A DNA stretch of 64,000 nt from Faecalibacillus sp. (GTDB taxonomy: Bacteria > Bacillota_I > Bacilli_A > RFN20 > CAG-826). A program made the translations under genes and the position numbers. Positions 54,432-63,863 of this stretch are shown here, piece after piece (the stretch's first letter is position 1; the number at the start of each line of letters is the position of its first letter). The stretch lies in assembly GCA_963588175.1 (NCBI GenBank), contig CAVAGP010000005.1:6612-70611 (forward strand). Direction: 5' to 3'. Under the pieces are notes generated by a model. The model worked only from the letters and a program-made list of their open reading frames with translations, did not search any database and was not told where the DNA came from.

Positions 54432-56774
54432 TCATTTTTTCTTATAGAAATTATGAATATTTTCTTTCACATCCTCCACTGACGTGACCAAATTGTAGCC
54501 TTTCCAGGTTCGGGCAAAGAGTTCACGGTACTCGCTTTTCGTATAACGGTCATCGATTAATAGAGCGGCCCCGCGGTCGTATTCTGAACGAATCAAACGC
54601 CCAACTGCCTGCATAACTTTGTTAACGCCGGGGTTCATGTAGGAATATTCGAAACCATTGCCGTTTTTCTTCTCATAGAATTCGCGGATGATCTCTTTTT
54701 CAAAGCAAATCTGGGCGAGTCCGATGCCCACAACTGCTACACCTATTAATCTATCATCGACTAAATCAATTCCTTCAGAGAATGAACCGCCGATTATGAG
54801 CAACCCGATTGTGGTGTTTTCCGGATTAGGAAGGAATCTTGAGAGGAAGAGGGTCTTCTCATCGTCATTCATGTCCCTTTCCTGCTCATAGATATCCGCG
54901 CCGTCAAAGGTAAGATGAGGTTTAATGTTTTCGAGGTATTCGTAGGATGGGAAATAAATGAAGTAGTTTCCGACTTTGGCGGAGACGAATTCCTTGAGGT
55001 AATCTGCCACTTCCTCATATGTTTTATCTCTGTCTTTATAACGGGTAGAGACCATCGGGGCAATCATCAAATCGAAATTCTCTTCCGGGAACGGGGATGG
55101 CAAAATCAAGTATGGGAAAGATTTGTCCCCTAAAATAGCGTCCATGTAATAATCGATAGGCTGAAGTGTTGCCGAGAAGATAACCGCGCCTTTAACCTTC
55201 ATGAGGCTTTCTCTAAGCATCGGGCTAGGATCCTCGCAATAAAGCTCTAGCGAATAGTTGTTTCCGGTGCGTCTAGCGTATAGCGATGTATTTTCTGAGA
55301 AATTTTCGTCAATGAAAGAGAATCTGTGGCACCTTCTTCCAAGTTCGGAATATGTTTCTCCGAGGCTTGGGTGCGGTTCTTTCATCGTGGCGAGGCGCGC
55401 TCTCTGCATTGACTCCAAAGCTTTGACAACCGGCTTTGGAATCGCGGTTAATCTAGTTGAGTCTCCGGGTTCTAGGTCCTTAAATTCCAAGGACGTCTTC
55501 AATTTATTTAACGCATTTTTAATCTTTTGGGCTTTGGTTTTCTTTAGGCTCTTTTTGACATCGTCGATTAAATCCGTGTCGATGGATTCAGAATATGCCG
55601 ATCTGCCTCTTTCAATGAGATTGTGCGCCTCATCGATCAAGAGGACGAATTTGGATGAATCAACGGATATGTCGAAATATCTTTGTAGATAAACAATCGG
55701 ATCGAAGAAATAGTTGTAGTCCATGATGATGACATCCGCCCATAAAGAGAGGTCCAACTGCAGCTCAAATGGACACATTTGGTTGATTTCCGATATTTCT
55801 TTGACATAGTCAGTCGAGAATCTTTTGTTGTCTTCTAAGGCTTCTTTGGTGACTTTGCGCAATTTTGAGTAATAGCCTTTGGCCAAAGGGCACTCATCGG
55901 GATTACACGATGCCCCAGGATTTGGACAGATCTTATCCTTTGCGGTGATAAGGGAGTCGCGTCCTTTAAAACCGACATCATGGAGCTTAGTCATCGCGTC
56001 AAATGCCGATAAACGCCCGGATGCCTTGGCAGTTAGATAGAACACTTTCTCATTCTTGGCTGAGGCAAAAGCCAAGATTGATGGGTACAAGGTGGACATG
56101 GTTTTTCCAATGCCAGTTGGGGCTTCGCAGAAAAAGACCCCACCATTCTTAGCCACGCCATATGCATATTTAGCCATCTCTCTTTGACCAGGCCTAAAAT
56201 CTTTGTATGGGAATCTTAGATTCTTAGCGGATTGATTTCTTTCCTCGATGTGTTTGAATTCCATTTTGTGAAAAGAAATATATTCGTCAATCAAACCGAG
56301 TATATCATGCAGTAATTCATCGATTGTGAAGGTGAATTCCTTTCTCATTTTCGAGTCATCGATTTGACTGATATAGGTAAGCCTGACTATTGCTTTATTG
56401 AATTTCTTCTTATGGCAGTACATTAAAGCGTAGCATTTGGCTTGGGCTAGATGCCACTCCTTCTGCTCATTGAAGAATTGCTCTAGCGGTGCGACCGTTG
56501 ATTTGATTTCATCGACGATTGGGCATTCTTTCCCGATGATGATTCCGTCTGCTCTTCCCTCGAGCGTGACAACATAGTCATCCACCGAGAACGATTCTTT
56601 CAAGTAAACCTCAGATAAATATTCATTGCCTTGCTTGCGTTGAAAAGCGGCATGGAGCTTTGTGCCCATCGCCATTGTGTCAGAGTTATAGATTCTGTTG
56701 TCTATATCGCCTTCACGCAGCAGGAAATCGACAAGCTGGTGAACCGATAAGGTTATTTCCCTTTGTCCACCCAT
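54432..56774 (-). CDS. DinG/XPD-family (DEAD_2) Fe-S helicase with an N-terminal PD-(D/E)XK nuclease-like domain
   Basis: 780 aa. Residues about 1-125: GTKLH, GRADGII, VDEIKS, QAKCYALMY (RecB-type nuclease motifs). Then APTGIGKT, a Cys cluster (CPNPGASCNPDEC...MCP), DEAH (LLIDEAHNL) and a Helicase_C_2-like end (QAVGRLIRS). Confidence 0.8.
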   Translation of the reverse strand: MGGQREITLSVHQLVDFLLREGDIDNRIYNSDTMAMGTKLHAAFQRKQGNEYLSEVYLKESFSVDDYVVTLEGRADGIIIGKECPIVDEIKSTVAPLEQFFNEQKEWHLAQAKCYALMYCHKKKFNKAIVRLTYISQIDDSKMRKEFTFTIDELLHDILGLIDEYISFHKMEFKHIEERNQSAKNLRFPYKDFRPGQREMAKYAYGVAKNGGVFFCEAPTGIGKTMSTLYPSILAFASAKNEKVFYLTAKASGRLSAFDAMTKLHDVGFKGRDSLITAKDKICPNPGASCNPDECPLAKGYYSKLRKVTKEALEDNKRFSTDYVKEISEINQMCPFELQLDLSLWADVIIMDYNYFFDPIVYLQRYFDISVDSSKFVLLIDEAHNLIERGRSAYSESIDTDLIDDVKKSLKKTKAQKIKNALNKLKTSLEFKDLEPGDSTRLTAIPKPVVKALESMQRARLATMKEPHPSLGETYSELGRRCHRFSFIDENFSENTSLYARRTGNNYSLELYCEDPSPMLRESLMKVKGAVIFSATLQPIDYYMDAILGDKSFPYLILPSPFPEENFDLMIAPMVSTRYKDRDKTYEEVADYLKEFVSAKVGNYFIYFPSYEYLENIKPHLTFDGADIYEQERDMNDDEKTLFLSRFLPNPENTTIGLLIIGGSFSEGIDLVDDRLIGVAVVGIGLAQICFEKEIIREFYEKKNGNGFEYSYMNPGVNKVMQAVGRLIRSEYDRGAALLIDDRYTKSEYRELFARTWKGYNLVTSVEDVKENIHNFYKKK

Positions 56775-56779
56775 GTCAT

Positions 56780-57724
56780 CTATTCAAAATGCGCTCCAGC
56801 AGTTAAACGCGCGCCATTTTTAAATGAAGTGCCATCCATTTTTTTCTTGCCTTCATATTGGACTGAGTCAAGCGAGACTATCCCATCTTCAAGTTGTACC
56901 AAGAGAAGTTTCTTGTTTGGGACTATCTCCCCCACATCTTTAATCTTCTCCCCGCTGAATTTGTGGGCGCTATAAATCTTAAGTTTCTTGTTGTCTAGCA
57001 TAACATATGCTCCTGGAGTGAGAGACATTCCGCGGATTAAATTGACGAAATTTGAACAATTTATTCTTAAAGGAAGTTTTTCATCTTCTGGCAGGATTTT
57101 TTGTGCAAAAGTTACCTTTGATATATCTTGCGGTATGCCTTGTAATTCTCCGTTGGCATATTTAAGCAAGTCGATTTTGATCATCTCAGCGGCTGCAACG
57201 CCTAATTTTTCATTCAGCGTTGTGTAATTGTCCGTGTCCTCAATTGGGGTTATGACTTTGTCATACACATCACCGGCGTCCATCTCATGAACCATTTCCA
57301 TGAGGGTGATACCTGTCTCTTTCTTTCCTTCCATAATCGATCTTTGGATTGGGGCGGCACCTCTATATTCAGGCAATAAGGAACCATGCAGGTTTATTGC
57401 ACCGACTTTGGCTAGGTTCAGGAATTCATCTGGTAAGAGTTGACCATAGGCCATGCAGACGATGACATCTATATCCATTGACTTGGCGAATTCGAAGTCT
57501 TTTCTGATTCTATGAGGCTGGAATACAGGCACTCCATAAGAAAGTCCAACTTTCTTACATTCAGGCATTTCCAATATGTGATTTCGCCCTGTTTCCTTGT
57601 CTTCTTGCGTAACAACGCCTAGAACATCATAACCCTCATTAATTATGGCTTTTAATGATTTGGCGGCTATTTCCGGGGTGCCTAAGAAGAGCACCTTCAC
57701 ATCTTTTGGGCTGGCGTATTTCAT
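56780..57724 (-). CDS. fmt: methionyl-tRNA formyltransferase
   Basis: ATG 57724 preceded by AGGAGGAG gives MKYASPKDVKVLFLGTPEIAA. INLHGSLLPEYRGAAPIQ motif. Confidence 0.9.
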   Translation of the reverse strand: MKYASPKDVKVLFLGTPEIAAKSLKAIINEGYDVLGVVTQEDKETGRNHILEMPECKKVGLSYGVPVFQPHRIRKDFEFAKSMDIDVIVCMAYGQLLPDEFLNLAKVGAINLHGSLLPEYRGAAPIQRSIMEGKKETGITLMEMVHEMDAGDVYDKVITPIEDTDNYTTLNEKLGVAAAEMIKIDLLKYANGELQGIPQDISKVTFAQKILPEDEKLPLRINCSNFVNLIRGMSLTPGAYVMLDNKKLKIYSAHKFSGEKIKDVGEIVPNKKLLLVQLEDGIVSLDSVQYEGKKKMDGTSFKNGARLTAGAHFE

Positions 57725-57868
57725 AAACACTCCTCCTTTTTTAGGCAATTATACTCCATATATAAGTGTAGGTAAAATATGTGGCGAATTTTTAGAATGA
57801 CGCATTTTTTAGTGGCAAAGTCTCTTTGTTGGTGTAGTATTACCACGTTCGCGAAATGGAGAACCGCT

Positions 57869-59890
57869 ATGGCAAAACACTATAAAGTTGAACAAATCCG
57901 TGAATACGTGGATAAGTCCAAAAGACTCCTCGACATGGATAAAACAATCAAAACTATCTACTACAAGATAATTGAAAACAATAAAAAGAATGTTTGCTGC
58001 TACTACTTCGATGATGAAGGAAAAATCAAACACTATACATATGCCGAATACGCCAGCAAAGTCACTGATTTAGCCAAGAGATTGTCGTCCCTTCTTATTT
58101 CAGCCCCATTTGATTCCGTAGTCGCTCTCAAACACAAGAATTCGCCTGAATGGCCGCTTCTTTTCTGGGCCATCGTCATGACAGGACATCGTCCGCTCTT
58201 GATTGATGCCAGACTCGCAAAAGAAAACACCGCCAACCTCTTAAAGCAAGGCAAAGCCGTCGCTATCGTCGCTAACGAAGCTGAGCAATACGATGTGCCG
58301 TTGATCAAATATAACGATATCGCTGGCACTGCACCTAATGAATCTTTTGTTGAGAATTGGGCAAATAACGTCCTATTCTGCTCATCAGGAACCACTGGGG
58401 ATGCCAAGATTCTCATCTGGGATGGAGAAAACCTCGTTAACCAGATTCTTGCTGCAGGCAACATCCCTGATTATGGCTCAATAACCTTGATTCACCCAGG
58501 GAAAATCAGAAACCTTGCCATGATTCCATTGCATCACATCTTTGGATTCGTTGCCGTCTTCCTCTGGTTCTCGTGGTATGGCAAATCCATTGTCTACCCT
58601 GCCTCAACCTCAACCAAGGATGTCTTATACGCAATTCGCAAAGGCAAAGTCACTCATATTTTCTCTGTTCCATTGCTTTGGGACGGAATCGCACAGACAG
58701 TCAAACGTTCAATGTCCCTTAAGGGCCCTAAATATGAAGAACTCCTCGACAATATCGTTAAATACAATTTAGGCAAAATCGATAAGAAGGAAGCCGGAAA
58801 AGGAGCTTCGGGTCTTGTCCAAAAAATCGTTAAGAAGAGCGTATTTGGACCTCAAGTTCAATACTGCATTTCTGGCGGAGGATACTTAAACCCAGCCACA
58901 TTGGAGTTGGTTAATGGCATCGGATACCCATTATATAATGGATATGGCATGACAGAACTCGGCGTTGCCTGCGTTGAGATGTCCACGAATGTATCGGATA
59001 GATGCTTAGGCTCTATCGGTAAGCCATTCTTTGGATTCGCCTTCAAAGTCGTCGATAATGATGGCAACCCAACTAAGGGCGAAGGTGAACTTCTCATAAA
59101 ATCCGGCACAACTCACAAAGCCGAAATCATCGGCGGAGTCTATAAGGAAACCGAATTCACTGAAGATGGTTTCTTCAAGACTGGGGATATCGCAGTCATC
59201 AACGATGACCAAAGGTGTTACATCAAAGGAAGAAACAAAGATGTCATCATCGCTTCAAACGGCGAGAATGTCTTCCCAGATGAACTTGAATACTACTTCA
59301 AAGACATTCCGCATGTTGTTCATCTCGTCATATTCGGGGTACAGGATGGCGCGACAGAGAAAATTACTCTCGTTGTCCAACTTGATAACGCGGTTACCAG
59401 CGAAGGATTAAAAGAAGTCAAGGAAGCCCTTGATAAGGTTAACGCAACCCTTCCATCCGAAAAGAAAGTCGCTGATTTCTATGTTTACAAGAAAGACATG
59501 CCTCTTGCAAATGGCATCAAGGTCAAACGCGCATTCATCAAAAAGGCCGTTGTCGGCGGTTCAAAAGACGTCACAGGTTTTGAGGAAAAGAGGCAAATCG
59601 CAAACCTCGATATGTATGACCCAACCGAAGTTAAAGAGGTCATGGCAAAAATCACATCGATATTCGCTTCAACCCTTATGCTAAAAGAAGAAGATGTTGA
59701 TGCCGATGCCATCTGGAACGTCGATTTAGGCGGAGACTCCATGTCTTACATCTCGATGGTTTCCGACCTCAGCGATCAAATGGAACTTGAAATCCCAACT
59801 GAAAAGCTTGGAAAACTCGGTTCCGTCCGTGATTTCACCGCTGAAGTACTAAGAATTAGGCACGAAGGTGAAAATGAAAGCAAAAAATAG
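57869..59890 (+). CDS. adenylate-forming enzyme (ANL superfamily) fused to a C-terminal carrier-protein domain
   Basis: ATG 57869 preceded by GGAG (the ORF-track start at 57779 has no SD). SSGTTGDAK, NGYGMTE, FKTGDIA, GRNKDVII..GENVFP, then DLGGDSMSYISMV (phosphopantetheine attachment-type motif). Confidence 0.75.
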   Translation: MAKHYKVEQIREYVDKSKRLLDMDKTIKTIYYKIIENNKKNVCCYYFDDEGKIKHYTYAEYASKVTDLAKRLSSLLISAPFDSVVALKHKNSPEWPLLFWAIVMTGHRPLLIDARLAKENTANLLKQGKAVAIVANEAEQYDVPLIKYNDIAGTAPNESFVENWANNVLFCSSGTTGDAKILIWDGENLVNQILAAGNIPDYGSITLIHPGKIRNLAMIPLHHIFGFVAVFLWFSWYGKSIVYPASTSTKDVLYAIRKGKVTHIFSVPLLWDGIAQTVKRSMSLKGPKYEELLDNIVKYNLGKIDKKEAGKGASGLVQKIVKKSVFGPQVQYCISGGGYLNPATLELVNGIGYPLYNGYGMTELGVACVEMSTNVSDRCLGSIGKPFFGFAFKVVDNDGNPTKGEGELLIKSGTTHKAEIIGGVYKETEFTEDGFFKTGDIAVINDDQRCYIKGRNKDVIIASNGENVFPDELEYYFKDIPHVVHLVIFGVQDGATEKITLVVQLDNAVTSEGLKEVKEALDKVNATLPSEKKVADFYVYKKDMPLANGIKVKRAFIKKAVVGGSKDVTGFEEKRQIANLDMYDPTEVKEVMAKITSIFASTLMLKEEDVDADAIWNVDLGGDSMSYISMVSDLSDQMELEIPTEKLGKLGSVRDFTAEVLRIRHEGENESKK

Positions 59891-59960
59891 TTGTTTTAGA
59901 TAGACTATAAGTCTAAAATCACCATTGCTGAAAAAGTTTTATTGAAAAGGAAGATTAACA

Positions 59961-60224
59961 ATGCCAAATATTAAATCCCAAATCAAACGCGACGCAACAA
60001 ACAAAGCTGCAAATGAGAAGAACTCAGCAGCTAAGAGCGAATTGAGAACCGCTATCAAGAAAGTCGAGACTTTTGCTGCCGCTAAGGACAAAGCTGCTGC
60101 AACTGAAGCTCTCAAGAATGCAACTTCCCTTCTTGATCAGGCTGCTCAGGCTGGCATCATCTCTGTTAACTCAAGCAACAGAAAGAAAGCTCACCTCGCT
60201 AAAGTCGTCAATGCTATTGCTTAA
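59961..60224 (+). CDS. rpsT: 30S ribosomal protein S20
   Basis: MPNIKSQIKRDATNKAANEKN... typical S20. Confidence 0.95.
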   Translation: MPNIKSQIKRDATNKAANEKNSAAKSELRTAIKKVETFAAAKDKAAATEALKNATSLLDQAAQAGIISVNSSNRKKAHLAKVVNAIA

Positions 60225-60242
60225 TTGAATAAGTAGCAGAAA

Positions 60243-60276
60243 GAAAAAAATAAGCCCAATCAAATGGGCTTTTTTC
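60243..60276. terminator. bidirectional terminator between rpsT and the convergent phosphoesterase gene
   Basis: A-run, aagccca-atcaaa-tgggctt, T-run. Confidence 0.7.
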
Positions 60277-60715
60277 ATGCTTTCTTGATTTGGACATCTA
60301 TCTTATCTTTATAGGTGGTTATGACCATATACGATTCATAATCATCTCTTGGCCTCGAGGCACTGCCAGGACATAAAATCGTTATGCCATCATATTCCTT
60401 TATTTCTTTTACGTGTGTGTGCCCGTGTATAAAGATTTTTACCCCATTCTTTTTCAAATCATTTAATTCGGATAACGATTTGGGATAATGCTGTATATAT
60501 AGTTTTCCATATTCGGTTTCCATCTCAAAATGCGATGGATATTGAGGATAAAACATGTCACAGTTTCCTCTGACTGCGATAAAAGGAACGATTTCGCTTG
60601 GCATCGAGACAACATCTCCGGCATGTAGGAACACGTCGGATTTCTCCTCGCGGAGGAATATTTTTCTAACCGCATCACCGTCGCCATGCGTGTCGGATAT
60701 AACCACTATTCTCAT
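60275..60715 (-). CDS. YfcE/MJ0936-family metallophosphoesterase
   Basis: 146 aa. ISDTHGD, HAGD, RGNCD, GHTH motifs. Confidence 0.8.
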   Translation of the reverse strand: MRIVVISDTHGDGDAVRKIFLREEKSDVFLHAGDVVSMPSEIVPFIAVRGNCDMFYPQYPSHFEMETEYGKLYIQHYPKSLSELNDLKKNGVKIFIHGHTHVKEIKEYDGITILCPGSASRPRDDYESYMVITTYKDKIDVQIKKA

Positions 60716-61686
60716 ACTTTGAAATTCGCCAAAAGCATTTGGAAAGCGATATCTTGGTCTATTTTGCCTGTGAAGATGTCCAATTCACATTTATATAAAT
60801 CCTCTAAGATATCGGATATTTGATCGGAATCGATGTAACGGAGATTATTGAGGCTCATCTTAACTCTTCCGTATTTGGCATTCAGTTCCCTCATCATTCC
60901 ATCAATTGAGTAGCCTCTATCTCTTAGATAAGAGATTTGATTGAGGAATCTAAATTGCGTTGCAAGCAATCTAATGAGCGTTACTGGGTCAGTTGATTTC
61001 ACCTTTAAATCCCTGTAAATGGAGATTGCCTGGCCAATATCACCGTGACATAAAGCGTTAGACAAGGCGTAGACATCATCTTCTAGAGGCACCGGAACCA
61101 GTTTTTCAACCATCTCAATGGTGATTGGCTCGCAATCGATGTAAGTGATGAGTTTTGTTGCCTCATTGATGAACGTGGAGTAGTCTCCGCATATTCTTTC
61201 TTTTAATAAGCCTGCCGCATCTGGATAGATCACCACGCCTCTATTCTCGAAATACTTAGGAATGAAAGCGTCCCATTTCTCATCGGTGAACGGCAAGACA
61301 GGAATGAATTTGGCTCCGCCCTTCACCAAGGCTTTATACATATCGGATTTATCGTCTAAAGTATCGGAGTAAACAAGAATGAAAAGCGTTATCTCGTCCA
61401 TCGGATTCTCAAAATAGCTATTTAGCCCTTCAACATCGTCATCTTTTGCGATTTTTGGTTTTGTTTTGAATTTTGCTAGGTAATAAAAATTCTCGGCCAC
61501 CACTGCTTTTTTGTCATATCCAAGTGGTAAATAAGATGCTTCATCATATAATTCGAAAAGACGTCTCGTGCCCATATCCATATAGATGGTGTTCATCGGA
61601 TCTTGTTCAGGTATCTCGTTATCAAGGAGTTTCTTGAGACCGTCTTTCAGCATCTTGGATTGGCTGGCATATACAACGTAAATCAT
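60712..61686 (-). CDS. holA: DNA polymerase III delta subunit
   Basis: 324 aa. Length, helical C-terminal half and position after comEC as in Bacillus. No SD. Confidence 0.8.
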   Translation of the reverse strand: MIYVVYASQSKMLKDGLKKLLDNEIPEQDPMNTIYMDMGTRRLFELYDEASYLPLGYDKKAVVAENFYYLAKFKTKPKIAKDDDVEGLNSYFENPMDEITLFILVYSDTLDDKSDMYKALVKGGAKFIPVLPFTDEKWDAFIPKYFENRGVVIYPDAAGLLKERICGDYSTFINEATKLITYIDCEPITIEMVEKLVPVPLEDDVYALSNALCHGDIGQAISIYRDLKVKSTDPVTLIRLLATQFRFLNQISYLRDRGYSIDGMMRELNAKYGRVKMSLNNLRYIDSDQISDILEDLYKCELDIFTGKIDQDIAFQMLLANFKV

Positions 61687-61692
61687 GCAAGT

Positions 61693-61721
61693 ATTATAAA
61701 ATAAATAATCAGAGTTGTCGC
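61693..61721 (-). promoter_or_regulatory. GCGACA-17-TATAAT promoter ending 6 nt before the holA ATG (leaderless candidate)
   Basis: Minus strand: GCGACA (61721-61716), 17-nt spacer, TATAAT (61698-61693), ACTTGC, ATG (61686). Confidence 0.4.
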
Positions 61722-61772
61722 TAGTTCGGGCTAATTATTTAGCAACGATTATTTGGCATCTGTTGTTATTTA

Positions 61773-63863
61773 TTAATGCGGGAATGCGTATCTCTTGTAA
61801 GTGATCGTGCCTTCATCGTCCGTTCTCCTTATCTTCACCTTGTACTTGTTGAGCGTCTCAATTGTTTCATCATTTGGGTGCCCATATTTGTTATTCGCAC
61901 CAACTGAAATAATCCCAACTTCAGGAGTTACCGCGGCAATAAAGGAATCCGCACTGGAGGTTTTAGAGCCGTGATGGCCCACCTTTAAGATGTCGCAATC
62001 TAAATCTGGGTTATCTTCAATTATCTTTTTCTCTATCTCTTGTGGGGCATCGCCCATGAAAAGCCATTTCTTGTCCATAAACTCCAGATATATCACTAAA
62101 CTTGTGTCGTTCTCATCTTCCCAACTATCCTCATACACATTCAGGTTCGTTAAATATAAATTACCAATACTTATAGGGAAATATGAGAAATCATCGATAT
62201 AATTCTTTACCTTATAATCACTCATCAAACTATCTTTGCCACCGCTATGATCCTCATCATCATGGGTTGTGATTAGATAGTCGATTTTGTAGATTTTCTT
62301 TTTCCTTAGATATGGGATCAAAACGTTCGTCGCTATATCAAAAGATGTATTTCCGCCTGTATCAATCATAACAACATTGCCATTAGAAATGATGAGTATT
62401 GAGTCTCCTTGCCCGACATTGATAAAGGATACTTCTTCTGTGATAGGAATGTCTAACGGTAAGGGGTTTAACACCATCATCGTGGATAAAATCGTTAGGC
62501 ATATGTTCTTTAGATTGGTTAACCCGCTATCTCTGAAATAATAAATTCCCAGCAACAATGCATAGTACCACATTGTTAGAAATGCGCTCCAATAACCTAA
62601 TGGTATCTGAATATCAACCTTGCTGAATACGTTTAGGAATTCACCGATTACCGAACCATAGAAATTTAGAACGCTTTTGAACGGTACGGTGATGAAGGAT
62701 ACCCATGACATCAAATAAAATGGATAAACTAGAGGTATCGCAATCGTTGAATATAGAGGCGAGAATACGTGCAACGCATTCCCGCTAATCAGCATTGGAA
62801 AAACGAATGTGAAGCTATAAAAGACGCCAATTACTTTTTTCTTTGCTTTCTTGCATTCTCCAAGTCTTCCTCTTAAAAGTTGCATACCACAGGAGATGAA
62901 TATTGCAACCAAAAAGCCTTCTGATAATGCTAGATAAGGCATGAAGAAAACCATCAGCAAAGATACGAGAGAAACACAGGTTATGTGGTCGACTTTAAAA
63001 TCGTCTTTTGAATATAGTAAGAATACCTTCAATAATCTTGTTAGCCACACCCTGACAACCCCTGCCTTAAGTATGAGGAACGGCAAAAATAAGGTACCAA
63101 ATATTTCCGTAAATATCTTACTTTTCTTATTATCTAGTTTTAAGAATAGCAGTTTTTCGACCCCACTTAAAACAATTCCATAAACCAAGCCTGAAGCCGA
63201 CAAGAAATACAGCATCCCTATCTCGCTTGCGAGGCTGATGGAGTATAAGGAGTAATCCCTATGGTCAAATAGAAGCGAATCTATCAATCCCGAGGTATTT
63301 GAGTCGAAATACGATAAGAACTTCAATTCCTTACTTCTAAGACGCAGGGGCATCTCAAACTTTACCTCAATCGATTTGGCGCTTATTTTGTTCTCAACGC
63401 CCTTTTTTGCGAGGTATTCGTCCATTGAGAAATAAGACTCGTATTCCGTTGAGACGTATTTAGAGCTATATCCATTTATCTCCAGGTAATCCCCCATCTC
63501 TCTCTTTGTCGTTTTCTCATAAACGTAATATTCCACGCCTCCAGATTTGAAGAGGAAGTAATTGTTCTTGACCTCCACCACAAACCCAGAGAATGTAGAA
63601 TTGCCCTCAATCGGTTTCTTAAACTTATTGATGGAGTGGTATGAGAAGCCGATGACTAGGAACAGGGAATAGACTGCCAAAAGCCTTTTATCTCTTTTGA
63701 TAGCGCATATTCCGGCAAGCAATAAGCAAAATAAGACGATTAGGAGACTAATTGTCTTCAAATAATATGAGAATGAGATACCGATGATTAAACCGCTTAG
63801 GGCGAACGTTACACTTCTTTTTGGTATGTTTAGACCGCGTAAAGTGTCACGTAGTTTTTGCAT
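61773..63863 (-). CDS. comEC: DNA internalisation channel ComEC/Rec2 (competence domain plus MBL domain)
   Basis: 696 aa. Multi-pass competence domain and a C-terminal metallo-beta-lactamase domain (TTHDDEDHSGG, GHHGS). Confidence 0.9.
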   Translation of the reverse strand: MQKLRDTLRGLNIPKRSVTFALSGLIIGISFSYYLKTISLLIVLFCLLLAGICAIKRDKRLLAVYSLFLVIGFSYHSINKFKKPIEGNSTFSGFVVEVKNNYFLFKSGGVEYYVYEKTTKREMGDYLEINGYSSKYVSTEYESYFSMDEYLAKKGVENKISAKSIEVKFEMPLRLRSKELKFLSYFDSNTSGLIDSLLFDHRDYSLYSISLASEIGMLYFLSASGLVYGIVLSGVEKLLFLKLDNKKSKIFTEIFGTLFLPFLILKAGVVRVWLTRLLKVFLLYSKDDFKVDHITCVSLVSLLMVFFMPYLALSEGFLVAIFISCGMQLLRGRLGECKKAKKKVIGVFYSFTFVFPMLISGNALHVFSPLYSTIAIPLVYPFYLMSWVSFITVPFKSVLNFYGSVIGEFLNVFSKVDIQIPLGYWSAFLTMWYYALLLGIYYFRDSGLTNLKNICLTILSTMMVLNPLPLDIPITEEVSFINVGQGDSILIISNGNVVMIDTGGNTSFDIATNVLIPYLRKKKIYKIDYLITTHDDEDHSGGKDSLMSDYKVKNYIDDFSYFPISIGNLYLTNLNVYEDSWEDENDTSLVIYLEFMDKKWLFMGDAPQEIEKKIIEDNPDLDCDILKVGHHGSKTSSADSFIAAVTPEVGIISVGANNKYGHPNDETIETLNKYKVKIRRTDDEGTITYKRYAFPH

